A stretch of DNA of 64,000 nt from a virus. The notes beneath the pieces were generated by a model, which was not told the DNA's origin, searched no databases, and saw nothing but the letters and a program-made list of their open reading frames with translations. Shown here piece by piece: positions 35,295 to 44,455 of the stretch; the first letter of the stretch is position 1; each line of letters opens with the position of its first letter. Made by a program: the position numbers and the translations under genes. The stretch lies in the IMG/VR virus record IMGVR_UViG_3300044835_000075, positions 32,001 through 96,000 of that record, one strand, 5' to 3'.

Positions 35295-35353
35295 GTGCAC
35301 CGGCCCGGCTCGAACGGGCTGCCCATCCCTGCTGAGTAGCGCGGGGCAGTGCT
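35295..35353 (-). ncRNA. truncated tRNA-like element (acceptor plus T arm)
   Basis: AGCACTG/CGGTGCA acceptor, GCCCG-TTCGAGC-CGGGC T arm, only 27 nt between. Confidence 0.55.
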
Positions 35354-35563
35354 CCGACGGGTGTGTTTCGCCGTGAAGTTCCCACCGTCATGAACTCGCT
35401 GCGCACCGCTGCGTCCCGAACCCAACCTCGCACTGTGTGGAGCGTACGCGGCTCGCCGGGGCACAACGGGTGTTGCAGTCTCACGGGTGCCGGTCGTGGC
35501 ACACCCTGACCTTGTGTCGGAACCGGTGAGGCCTGGGGGACCCTCTCCGGCCCGACACCGCAG

Positions 35564-35593
35564 ACACTAGCCGGTGTCGTGGCGGGAAGTCAA
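35564..35593 (-). promoter_or_regulatory. Class II-like promoter heading the ncRNA/tRNA cluster
   Basis: TTGACT-N15-GGC-TAGTGT; left AGCC half-site absent. Confidence 0.65.
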
Positions 35594-35599
35594 CTCGGG

Positions 35600-36385
35600 G
35601 TATTGCGTGGTAGTCGCATGTAACTCTGAGTAACCCTCCTTTAATTATTACCATAATCAAGTCTCATCGGGGTAACGGTTTGGAGTACCTAGATTTGTGC
35701 AAGTTTGCAGCAGGTTAGCGCTTACTTTGCGCCGTGTTTGCGTGCGCTATGCCAGTGCTAGGCAGGCTCTGTATACCCCCGGGGGGTATCCGTGGCCAGC
35801 GTGGTCCAAATGCTAACTACCTGCTCTAAGATGCTAATCACCAGGTAGATGGCAATGCAAACCTCTAGTGGTCAAGCGGCAATAGACCACCCTATATGCC
35901 TTCTGACCTGGTGGTTACGGGTCATCAACCCCCTTTGGTCCGGGACGAGGTGCCTGTTTTCGGTTGTAAATTGCTATGCTAACCATGCTAAGTAGCTATT
36001 ATTTGCCCTGACCTGCGATGTTAGCGTTTTGCAAACTTAGCATTGCCTAAAGGGGTCGAAATCTGAGTCGTCGGACCATGGACCAACATCTCTTAAAGGG
36101 CAGGTCGGGAGGCACTTCCGTCGATCGGCCCGACTTGACCTCTTTGTCCGATTCTCGCGAGTGGACCGGCGTGGACCGCGTTGCCCTCGTCGCCGTCCTC
36201 GCTGGTCACGGCATTTCGCTATGGCAAAGCAATTGCAAGTCCAGGGGTGGACCGAAACAGCGCCAAAGTGGACGAGTGTTGGTGACCAAACGGACCATGT
36301 TAATTTCTAACATCACGGATATCGTGACCTTATCCATTGTAGACAGTCGAATTTGACGCCATGCGATTGCTATGCAAAGCTTCGC
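35600..36385. other. AT-rich non-coding region with short repeats, candidate replication origin
   Basis: Clearly lower GC; many TGCTA/TGCAA copies in both orientations; transcription diverges around it. Confidence 0.5.
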
Positions 36386-36388
36386 TGC

Positions 36389-37057
36389 ATGACTCGACCT
36401 GACTACGCCTCCCTCGGCTTCACCGTCTCGGCCCCCGAGGCCCGCGAGATCCTTGAGGTCGGCTCCGTGAACGAGGTGTACGACCTCGTGCGGACCGGCG
36501 TCCTCGACGGCCTCCACACCTTCCGCGAGGGCCGCGCCTTCATGCTCTTCCACCCCGATGAACTGACCGGCTACGCGTACCGGGTTCGCACCGGCAAGTT
36601 GCAGGCCGCCGAGCGTTACGCCACCCGTCTTCAGCGCATCCTGCGCGACTACCTGCGCTCGCACACCCCGCTCCCGGACTACGACGAGGCCTGCGACACC
36701 GGCTACCCGCTGCTCGCCGGGACTTCCGCATCCGAAGGGGACGCCGTCTACATCCGTCCCGAGTTCGTCGTCGAGTGGTTCCGGCACACCGACGACGGCT
36801 TCGAGCATCCGATCACCAAGACCACGCTCGACGAGACCCTGCACCGCATCGGCGCGATCCGGCGTCGCGGGTTCGTCGCGGTCTCCGACCGCAGCAAGGG
36901 CACACAGCGCTGGTCGCAGTGGTGGCGGCTGCCCGCGTCGTTCGTCGACGGTGCGATCCCCGACCCCGCGCCCGCGCCACTGCGCACCGACGACAAGGTC
37001 GTCCGTGGGGTCCGTGGCCCGGCGTACCTCTCCGGCGAACTGGGGTCGCAGTCGTGA
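36389..37057 (+). CDS. HTH (excisionase-like) DNA-binding protein, candidate initiator/regulator
   Basis: SAPEAREIL.V...VYDLVRTG.L HTH; leaderless ATG 36 nt after TTGACG. Confidence 0.6.
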   Translation: MTRPDYASLGFTVSAPEAREILEVGSVNEVYDLVRTGVLDGLHTFREGRAFMLFHPDELTGYAYRVRTGKLQAAERYATRLQRILRDYLRSHTPLPDYDEACDTGYPLLAGTSASEGDAVYIRPEFVVEWFRHTDDGFEHPITKTTLDETLHRIGAIRRRGFVAVSDRSKGTQRWSQWWRLPASFVDGAIPDPAPAPLRTDDKVVRGVRGPAYLSGELGSQS

Positions 37058-37575
37058 ACGGGTCCGGGTCGACGTGGTACAGCAACGATCGCTGGATAGT
37101 CATCGAACTCGCCAGCCGCCGAAGCCTGCGCTGCACACCGGACCTGGCGACGTACTTCGACGCCAGCGGCCAGACCCATATGAGCAGTTCGGTGATGCGC
37201 AAGACCGCGCGGGAGCTGCTCGCACGTGGCCTTGCGGTGATCGGTGAGCCGGACAGCGGTTCACTGCGGGTGTCGCTCACCGAGCAGGGCAAGAGGGTGC
37301 GGACGCAGTGGTACCACCCGCAAGGAAAGTCGCGGATGTTCCCGTACCCCGGCCTGATCAACCCGCCGCCGCACCATCGCCCGCTGCACCTCATCCTGCA
37401 CTGGGTGGGCGATCCCGAGGTGGACCAATTGCCGGTGGACGCTGGCGAGTGGGTCCATGAGTTGCGCCGCGATGGACTGATGGTCCAGTCCTCGACCGGA
37501 GTGTCGGCGCTGACCGGCGCGGGCGTCGCCCTCCTGGGGGTGTGGGACCGCGCTGGGTGCCGCTGTGAATTCTAG
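37054..37575 (+). CDS. tandem winged-helix-like protein
   Basis: Two EL...GL...LT..G...W repeats; GTGA overlap. Confidence 0.55.
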   Translation: MNGSGSTWYSNDRWIVIELASRRSLRCTPDLATYFDASGQTHMSSSVMRKTARELLARGLAVIGEPDSGSLRVSLTEQGKRVRTQWYHPQGKSRMFPYPGLINPPPHHRPLHLILHWVGDPEVDQLPVDAGEWVHELRRDGLMVQSSTGVSALTGAGVALLGVWDRAGCRCEF

Positions 37576-37576
37576 G

Positions 37577-37606
37577 TTGACTAGCCCCCCACACTCCGGC
37601 TACTCT
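37577..37606 (+). promoter_or_regulatory. Repeated promoter, class II
   Basis: TTGACT-AGCC-N11-GGC-TACTCT; GTTCCG at +37. Confidence 0.8.
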
Positions 37607-37644
37607 TACCCCCGTTCCGTACTCCGACCTGAGGGAAGATCCAC

Positions 37645-38121
37645 ATGACCACGAAGGAAGCGACGGCCCACTACGCCGCCGACCTCGCCCTGATCGCGCT
37701 CACCGGCCCGAGCCAGACCGGGAGCATCCTGCTCATCCAGCGCTCCGAGAAGTCCGATGCGCATCCCGGCGAGTGGGCGATCCCGGGCGGCTACGTCGAC
37801 GCGGAGGAGACGTCCCGCTCGGCCGCGATCCGCGAACTTCACGAGGAGACCGGCATCGGCATCGACCCGGGCGGCATCGTGCACCTCGTCGGCGTCTACG
37901 ACGACCCGTGGCGCGACCCGCGCGCCCGCGTCGTCTCGGTCGCCTACATGCACATCCTCGACCGTGAGGTCGAGCCGCTGGCCGCCGACGACGCGCAGGA
38001 CGCCGAGTGGGTGCCGTTCACCTCGATCCGCAGGCTCACCCTCGCGTTCGACCACAACCACATCGTCAGCGACATCATGGTCCGCCTGGGCTACGGGCAC
38101 CTGCGCCCGATGACGTTCTGA
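37645..38121 (+). CDS. NUDIX hydrolase
   Basis: WAIPGG.V...E....AAIRELHEETG Nudix box; RDPR, LAFDH. Confidence 0.9.
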   Translation: MTTKEATAHYAADLALIALTGPSQTGSILLIQRSEKSDAHPGEWAIPGGYVDAEETSRSAAIRELHEETGIGIDPGGIVHLVGVYDDPWRDPRARVVSVAYMHILDREVEPLAADDAQDAEWVPFTSIRRLTLAFDHNHIVSDIMVRLGYGHLRPMTF

Positions 38122-38157
38122 ATCCCCGCCCGTTCCCGCCGCGCCGACCCCGAGGAC

Positions 38158-39756
38158 ATGCCTGCCATGCGAGACATCACGTTGAAAGTGGAAGAGCCCA
38201 TCGGCGCCACGGTCGTCCACCGGGACGCGCCGGACCTGGACATGACTCGCGACTCGGGGCAGCGTGCCGCCGACCACCGCGAGTGGCTGGTCGCCGAGTT
38301 GCCGTCGGCGATCGACCAGCTCTACGAAAAGATCGGCATGACTCCCCGGCCGGGCGACCTCGATGCCGTCATCCGCTCCCTGCCGCCCGGCGGTATCCCG
38401 TGGACCCCTGCGGCGATCGTGAGCGCGGTGAAGGACGCGCTGGCCGCCGCCGACACGGTCCGCCAGCTCGCCGACCTCCTCGGGGGCGGCCGGTCGTCGG
38501 CGAGGCGCGCCAACGTCCCGTCCGGTCTGCTGGCCCTGCACTCCATGCTGCCCGGCGAGGTCAAGGCGAAGCTCGACCTGCTGGGTCGGCAGAACGGCGA
38601 GATCGCGAAGCTCGCCCGCGTCGCCCAGGTCGCGAACGACCTCATCCCGGCGACGATGGGGAACGCGGACGGTGACATCGTGTCCGTCGACATCCCGCTC
38701 GCCGAGCTGCCGACGCTGCTGCGCGAGTTCGTCAACGCGGTGACTGTCGAGGACGACGAGCGGGGCCGCATCATCGACGGCGTCAAGGCCGCGTTGGGGT
38801 TGCGGGTCTCCGACCGCGACGACCTCGCCGACGACCTGGTGCCCGCGCTGGTCCGGTCCCGGCTGGAGGGCGACGACTCCACCGAGCAGCTGTTCGGCCG
38901 GACACTGACCGATGTGCTGATCAGCTTCGGCCTCAACCCGCTGATGGACGAGGAGTCGGTCGTCGACGCTCTGCGGGAGAAGGCGGCCCACGACACGGAC
39001 GCGGCGGTGAAGGCGGCGCTGGCGGAGTTCGGCCGCCGGATCATGATCGTGGCCGGGGCGGAGGAGGACATCGACTTCCCGACGTCGGAGGTGGAGATGT
39101 CGGCGTTCATCGCGCAGGCCGTAAAGCCCCCTGTGTGCTCCGCTCACGGCACCATGGCGTGTGCCTGGTGCTCGCAGACCATCCCCGGCGGTCTGGACGA
39201 CGACGGGGGCTGCACGGACTGCGGGACGTTCGGGGCGTACGGGATGCACTGGGACACCTGCCGCAACCGGATGCGCTCGGCCCCGCACTACGACATCGAC
39301 GAGGTCACGGCGCTGCGCAAGTTCGCCGCCGACACCGTGCTCCGGCTGGACGGGGACGCGGAGACCGACGACTTGCGGCACGGTCGGCTCTCCGGTGAGC
39401 AGGTGATGGCGCTGCTCTCGGATGCCGATGTCGCGGTGAGGGACACTGTGACGCGCCACCAGCGGGTGCTGGGCCACCTCGACGCGGTGCGCCGGGTGAT
39501 CGAGGATCCCGACGTCGCCGACGAGCATGTCGCGGATTCGGTGAAGCACCGGCTGGAGCAGGCCCGGCGCGATTCGCGCCCGGGTGAGGCGTTCCTGCGC
39601 GGCGAGGACGGCAAGACGGTGAAGTTCACCATGCCGTTCGTCTCCGACGAGGACGCCCGGAGGATCGCCGAGCAGTTCGCGTCGAGCATGGCGAAGGTCG
39701 ACGAGCATATCGCGTCGGTGCTGCGCTCCGTGTCGAAGCCGAAGGACGGCGAGTGA
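38158..39756 (+). CDS. hypothetical protein
   Basis: GAGGA RBS; helical with central Cys cluster. Confidence 0.65.
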   Translation: MPAMRDITLKVEEPIGATVVHRDAPDLDMTRDSGQRAADHREWLVAELPSAIDQLYEKIGMTPRPGDLDAVIRSLPPGGIPWTPAAIVSAVKDALAAADTVRQLADLLGGGRSSARRANVPSGLLALHSMLPGEVKAKLDLLGRQNGEIAKLARVAQVANDLIPATMGNADGDIVSVDIPLAELPTLLREFVNAVTVEDDERGRIIDGVKAALGLRVSDRDDLADDLVPALVRSRLEGDDSTEQLFGRTLTDVLISFGLNPLMDEESVVDALREKAAHDTDAAVKAALAEFGRRIMIVAGAEEDIDFPTSEVEMSAFIAQAVKPPVCSAHGTMACAWCSQTIPGGLDDDGGCTDCGTFGAYGMHWDTCRNRMRSAPHYDIDEVTALRKFAADTVLRLDGDAETDDLRHGRLSGEQVMALLSDADVAVRDTVTRHQRVLGHLDAVRRVIEDPDVADEHVADSVKHRLEQARRDSRPGEAFLRGEDGKTVKFTMPFVSDEDARRIAEQFASSMAKVDEHIASVLRSVSKPKDGE

Positions 39757-39959
39757 TGGCGCGCGTGGACGACGATGTCGAGCGCACGGTCGTGGTGGTC
39801 AAGCTCGTGATCGGGTTGGCCATCACGGCCGGGCTGGAGGTGTTCGAGGCGATGTCGCCGCAGTCGTGGTTGTCGTGGTGGCTGGCGCCGGTCATCGGTT
39901 TCGGTGTGGTCTTCGGGGGTTTCTGGTTCTTCTTCGCGCTGTTCGACGGTGACCTGTGA
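39753..39959 (+). CDS. small membrane protein
   Basis: Two TM helices; overlap coupling. Confidence 0.6.
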   Translation: MMARVDDDVERTVVVVKLVIGLAITAGLEVFEAMSPQSWLSWWLAPVIGFGVVFGGFWFFFALFDGDL

Positions 39960-40285
39960 GTGCCGACGAGCAGTACGCGCGGCTGCTGAGGACTCGCGAT
40001 ACCTACGAGACCGAGATCATGGAGGTCCTCGGGGAGATCGTCGTCGAGCTACGCGAGAAGGTGGCCACGGATCCGGAGTTCACGGCGGAGATGATGGCTT
40101 CGCAGATCAGGGAGCGCGCGGAGCATGTCCGCCATGACGCGTGGTTCCTGGCGAAGCAGAGGCTTCGGATCGCGATCGTCGCGGGGTGCAGTGCAGAGCA
40201 GCAGCGGGAGGTGTCCCGCTATGTGATGGGGACTCCGGCGGAGGGCAACGCGTTCGAGGAGTTCTGCCGTGAACCTCGGGGCTGA
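39956..40285 (+). CDS. hypothetical protein
   Basis: GTGA overlap. Confidence 0.55.
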   Translation: MSADEQYARLLRTRDTYETEIMEVLGEIVVELREKVATDPEFTAEMMASQIRERAEHVRHDAWFLAKQRLRIAIVAGCSAEQQREVSRYVMGTPAEGNAFEEFCREPRG

Positions 40286-40562
40286 GTTCGAGGGCGATCC
40301 GGCGGTGTCGAACCGGGTGGTCGCGGTGCGTCCGCTGGGGTTCGCTTTCGTCAACGAGCCGTGGTTCGTGGCGGGGATCTCGCTGCTGCTGTACCTGCGG
40401 TCGTCGCTGCCGCATTCGGGCGGCCTGCCGCCGATGGTGTGGCTGCTGCCGCCGCGCGAGGACTTCGCGCGGATCCAGGGTGTGGCGACGATCTACGGCA
40501 TTCCGGTGCGGGTGGTCGAGGGCATCACGGCGCACCTGGCGTTCGACCTGGAGGCGTCGTGA
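40269..40562 (+). CDS. hypothetical protein
   Basis: GAGGAG RBS. Confidence 0.55.
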   Translation: MNLGAEFEGDPAVSNRVVAVRPLGFAFVNEPWFVAGISLLLYLRSSLPHSGGLPPMVWLLPPREDFARIQGVATIYGIPVRVVEGITAHLAFDLEAS

Positions 40563-41182
40563 GGAGTGTGCGGGTTCAGGTGGAGCCGCTGGTGTCGTGG
40601 CCGTTCGAGGAGACGGCGGGCGGGCGGCGGGAGTACTCGCCGTTCAGCGCGACGTATTCGACGACGCTGGATGATCTGGACCGGGAGCTGTTCGCGCTGG
40701 GCGCGCAGCGTCACGGCGTGGTGGCGTTGCAGGTGGTGACGGCGGATCACAGTATCCGGCGTGATGGTCTGCTGCGCGCCGGGGCGAGGATCTCGCATCC
40801 GGGGGTGGCGTTGTCGTTCGGGTCGGATCTGGGGCCGATGACGTTCTTCTGCGATCGGTTCGTGGCTCGCTCCGGCGGGGCGGACTGGGAGCACAATCTG
40901 CGTGCTCTGGTGCTGACGTTGGAGAAGATGCGGGCGATCGACCGGTATGGGGCGACGAACAACGGCCAGCAGTACACGGGGTTCCTGGCGATCGAGGCGC
41001 CGCGCGCGGACCATGTGGCGGCGCGTCTGCGGTTGGCGGAGATCGGTGAGGCGGTGGTGTCGTCGTGCTCGGATACGCAGTTGGTGCGGGCGGCGCGGCG
41101 GAAGGCGCATCCGGATGCGCACGCGGGGCGGGTGGAGTTGTGGGATGAGGTCGAGTCGTTGACCCGGGTGCTGGGGGTCTAG
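40559..41182 (+). CDS. phage protein with C-terminal J-domain-like HPD
   Basis: W.HNLRA..LTLE..RAIDRYG...QYTGF...RKAHPD. Confidence 0.7.
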   Translation: MRSVRVQVEPLVSWPFEETAGGRREYSPFSATYSTTLDDLDRELFALGAQRHGVVALQVVTADHSIRRDGLLRAGARISHPGVALSFGSDLGPMTFFCDRFVARSGGADWEHNLRALVLTLEKMRAIDRYGATNNGQQYTGFLAIEAPRADHVAARLRLAEIGEAVVSSCSDTQLVRAARRKAHPDAHAGRVELWDEVESLTRVLGV

Positions 41183-41184
41183 CG

Positions 41185-41553
41185 GTGAGGCGGACGGGCG
41201 CGGCTCTCATCTTCGCCGTGGTGTGCACGGTGTCGGTGATGGTGTTCCCGGCGACGGTGGCGTCTCTGGTGCTGTTCGTGCCGCTGGTGGTGTTGGTGGC
41301 GTGGGTGGGCTGGGCGTCGATGTCGCGGGAGGCGTCGGCGGAGGACGATCGGGCGGCGCTGGTTCGGGCTTCGCGTCCGGATCGGGTGTTGCGCCGGGTG
41401 CCGGAGTCGGTGCTGCATCCGAGGGTGCCGTCGTTTCCGTCGGTGCCGCGTCCGGTGAAGGTGTCTCCGCAGTATGTGTTGCCGCCGGGTGCCAGTGAGG
41501 TTCCCGGCACGGTGCGGGGGTGGCTGAAGTCGCCCCCATCGAGAAAGGTCTAG
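41185..41553 (+). CDS. membrane protein
   Basis: N-terminal TM helices. Confidence 0.5.
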   Translation: MRRTGAALIFAVVCTVSVMVFPATVASLVLFVPLVVLVAWVGWASMSREASAEDDRAALVRASRPDRVLRRVPESVLHPRVPSFPSVPRPVKVSPQYVLPPGASEVPGTVRGWLKSPPSRKV

Positions 41554-41569
41554 ACCAATTACTAAGACG

Positions 41570-42085
41570 TTGTACAACGACCCCCGCTACGACCCCTACG
41601 ACGACCAGCTCAAGGCCGTCCAGAAGGAGAACGACCAGTACGCGCACGGCATGACCGGCGAGGAGATCGCGACCGAGGCCCGCGACCGGTCCCACCTGCT
41701 GCGCAACAACTTCACCGGCCCGTGGATCCGCGAGGACGGCCTGATCAAGTTCCGGCCGCAGCCGCCGCGCTCCCCGGTCCCGAACTACCTCGGCCCCTTC
41801 GCCGTCGGCGACAAAGTGATCGTCAACAGCGGCATTGCTATCGGCGTCATCGAGTACGCCGACGCCACCGGGATGCTCGTCGTGCCCGAGCCGCCGCACA
41901 TACCGATCGAGTCCGAGCCGGGCGCCTGGTTCCCCGCCACCGGCATCCACTCCATCACCCCGTTCGACCGGTTCCCCCGCCCACCCGTCGAGCCTGACGA
42001 ATTCGACGAGCCGTCCGGGATCCCCGACGAGTCGCTCCCGATGAACCCGCCGCCCACCCTTCCGCCCGAGCAGGGGATGTTCTGA
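41570..42085 (+). CDS. hypothetical protein
   Basis: C-rich codon usage; TTG start uncertain. Confidence 0.55.
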   Translation: MYNDPRYDPYDDQLKAVQKENDQYAHGMTGEEIATEARDRSHLLRNNFTGPWIREDGLIKFRPQPPRSPVPNYLGPFAVGDKVIVNSGIAIGVIEYADATGMLVVPEPPHIPIESEPGAWFPATGIHSITPFDRFPRPPVEPDEFDEPSGIPDESLPMNPPPTLPPEQGMF

Positions 42086-42639
42086 TGCCTGAAGACACGC
42101 ACGCCTGGCGCACGACGCGGCAGTTCGGCAATGCGATCCGCGCGGCCCTCGCCGCCTGCAAGGCCCTCTACGACGACGTGATCATCCCCTACAACGAGGC
42201 CCACCCGGGTACCGAACTGATCCGCGCCACGCCTGGTCCGACGTCGTTCGACCACCGCATCGACGGCTTCACCGACGGCGACAAGAAGTCGCCGCTGCCG
42301 GACGGGCTGAGCCGCGCACAGAAGCGCTGGTGGCTGGTCCCGGTGCGCGGGAAGGCCGGTGACCCGTGGCGCGCGGTGCTCGCCCAGATGAACACCATGC
42401 CGAAGGTCGGCAAAGTGTTCCGCGACTTCGGGTTCCCGGTCTACACGATCAAGGGCAGCTGGATCTCCCGCACGCGGGTGTTCGACGACGGCACCGACGT
42501 CTACCTCACCAGCACCCAGGACGTCTTGGAGCAGCACCCGTGCGACCACGTGGTGCCGGTCAAGATGTCGGAGTACCACGCCGCCCGCGAGGCTGCTGCT
42601 GCCGCCGCTGATTCTCCTGCGGTGGGTGACCTCGCATGA
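42085..42639 (+). CDS. hypothetical protein
   Basis: TGATG overlap. Confidence 0.65.
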   Translation: MPEDTHAWRTTRQFGNAIRAALAACKALYDDVIIPYNEAHPGTELIRATPGPTSFDHRIDGFTDGDKKSPLPDGLSRAQKRWWLVPVRGKAGDPWRAVLAQMNTMPKVGKVFRDFGFPVYTIKGSWISRTRVFDDGTDVYLTSTQDVLEQHPCDHVVPVKMSEYHAAREAAAAAADSPAVGDLA

Positions 42640-42959
42640 TGGGCTGCACGCGCCCCGGACTGCTGATCAGCGACGCATCCGGCGGCGGCGCCCGGGTGCT
42701 GAAGTACCCGCTGGCGTTGGAGTCGGTGACGTCGCTGGTCCTGCCGCCGGACGCGCCGATCCTGAAGATCGCCGAGCAGCACGGCGGGATCATGCTGTGG
42801 GCGGTGATGCGGCAGGACAGGCCGACGGAGCCGCCGATGGAGAAGCGGCACTTCTACGTCGTCGGCACCGGTGACCTGATCCCGTCGGTGTGCCACACCT
42901 ACCACGATTCGGTGTTCATCGACCAATACGTCCTCCACGTCTTCGAGGGGTTCCGGTAA
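42636..42959 (+). CDS. conserved phage hypothetical protein
   Basis: KYPL...LWA...F.VVGTG...HVFE pattern. Confidence 0.65.
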   Translation: MMGCTRPGLLISDASGGGARVLKYPLALESVTSLVLPPDAPILKIAEQHGGIMLWAVMRQDRPTEPPMEKRHFYVVGTGDLIPSVCHTYHDSVFIDQYVLHVFEGFR

Positions 42960-43198
42960 TGGTAATGAAGTTCGTTCTCAAAGTTGTCATCCGCATTATC
43001 GACAGGCGGTGGAACAAGCGCATCCATCACTTCCTTCGCGTCATGGACCTCTGCGAGGAGGCGAACCCGAACGACATCGCGCACAAGGAAGAGCACGCCC
43101 GGTTCCGTATGGTCATGGCCGACGATCTTGCCCGTTGGCACGCGAAGCGGGATGCGCTTCTGGTGCAGAGCAAGCAGAAAAGCGACGCGGGCAACTAG
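42959..43198 (+). CDS. hypothetical protein
   Basis: TAATG overlap. Confidence 0.5.
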   Translation: MVMKFVLKVVIRIIDRRWNKRIHHFLRVMDLCEEANPNDIAHKEEHARFRMVMADDLARWHAKRDALLVQSKQKSDAGN

Positions 43199-43239
43199 CC
43201 CGGCCGACCCCGGAAGTATCAACCGAAAGGACGCCCGCC

Positions 43240-43704
43240 ATGGCTTTCAATTTCCGACTTCCCGACACCGACATTCCTCCGCTGGAACGCCCGGAAGGGA
43301 GCATCAACGCCAAGTTGCACGAATTAGCGGTCGTCCGCGAACACGTCGGTGACATCAGCGGAATGCTGCTGCTGCTCCCCCGCACCGGCATCATCGTCAC
43401 CCCGATCAAAATGACCACTTCGGGGTGGGGGTGCCGCATTGTCGAGGGCAACGACGTGTACCCGCGCGGCGGCTACGACATCGACGTGTCCAACTGGGAG
43501 TTGCAGCGCGCCCCCGAGGCGCTCGTGCTGCCTGTGTCGGTGTGCGAGCGGGGCGTCGAGTACGGAGTGCTCCCCTGGGCCACGCCGAGTGCGGAACCGG
43601 TCTGGTACCGCTCCGAGGCCGAGGCGCGCGCGGCGTTCGACCCGGACAAGGACTACCTGTTCAGCCGGGAGGCCCACTACGCCGCTCCGAAGCGGGTGGA
43701 GTGA
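43240..43704 (+). CDS. hypothetical protein
   Basis: AAAGGA RBS. Confidence 0.6.
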   Translation: MAFNFRLPDTDIPPLERPEGSINAKLHELAVVREHVGDISGMLLLLPRTGIIVTPIKMTTSGWGCRIVEGNDVYPRGGYDIDVSNWELQRAPEALVLPVSVCERGVEYGVLPWATPSAEPVWYRSEAEARAAFDPDKDYLFSREAHYAAPKRVE

Positions 43705-44249
43705 TGCGGCTCGAACGCTCGGCCTCCGGTGACCAGCAGGTAGCTTTCCCCGACGACCAGCCGGACGACATGCTCTACGACTCGCTGGCGGGATGCCCGT
43801 TCTGCGAGCGGTTGAAGACCCTGGAGTTCGAGGCCGCCAACGCCGACGCGGTCACGTTCGCCCCGCTCAACCCGGTGGTGCCCGGTCACATGCTGGTCGT
43901 GCCGCGTCATCACGTGGCGAATGCGGCGGTGTCGCCGTACATCACCGGCACGACGGTGGCGTACGCCTGTGAGCGGGTGCGGGCGATGGGCCAGGACTCG
44001 AACATGATCATCAATGTCGGGAAGGACGCGGGGCAATCCGTGTTCCACCTCCATGTCCACATCTTGCCTCGGGTTCCGGGCGACGACGTGGTCATGCCGT
44101 GGACGCGGCGCACGCGCAACGCGATGGAGGAGACGGTGATGGCGGCGGGCTACAAGGCGCTCAACACCCCGCCGGTCGAGCCGCAGGTACGCACAGTCGT
44201 CTGCTACCTGCCTCCGGGGTATGGCCCGATGAGGGAGCGTGGCCGGTGA
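43704..44249 (+). CDS. HIT family hydrolase
   Basis: CPFC, P..PGHMLVVP..H, N.G..AGQSVFHLHVHILPR. Confidence 0.9.
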   Translation: MRLERSASGDQQVAFPDDQPDDMLYDSLAGCPFCERLKTLEFEAANADAVTFAPLNPVVPGHMLVVPRHHVANAAVSPYITGTTVAYACERVRAMGQDSNMIINVGKDAGQSVFHLHVHILPRVPGDDVVMPWTRRTRNAMEETVMAAGYKALNTPPVEPQVRTVVCYLPPGYGPMRERGR

Positions 44250-44455
44250 GCTGGTGGAACCTGGCCGGGATCCTCGCGGTCACCCTGTACCTGTGGGCCG
44301 GGTTCTGCCTGGCGTTGGAGGTGGACAAGGAGATCACCGCGTCGTTTCCGGTGCCGGAGGCGCTTCGGCGGGGGCTGGCGGTGCTGATGCTCGTGGGCTG
44401 GCTTCCGGTACTGATAGCGGGTGCCCTGACGGGGAAGAGCGGTGAAGGCAAGTGA
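44246..44455 (+). CDS. small membrane protein
   Basis: Two TM helices; GTGA overlap. Confidence 0.55.
   Translation: MSWWNLAGILAVTLYLWAGFCLALEVDKEITASFPVPEALRRGLAVLMLVGWLPVLIAGALTGKSGEGK

Noticed and set aside
36078-36356. 92-aa ORF in the AT-rich region
   Set aside because: Codon usage unlike the genome and no clear RBS; more likely part of the regulatory/origin tract
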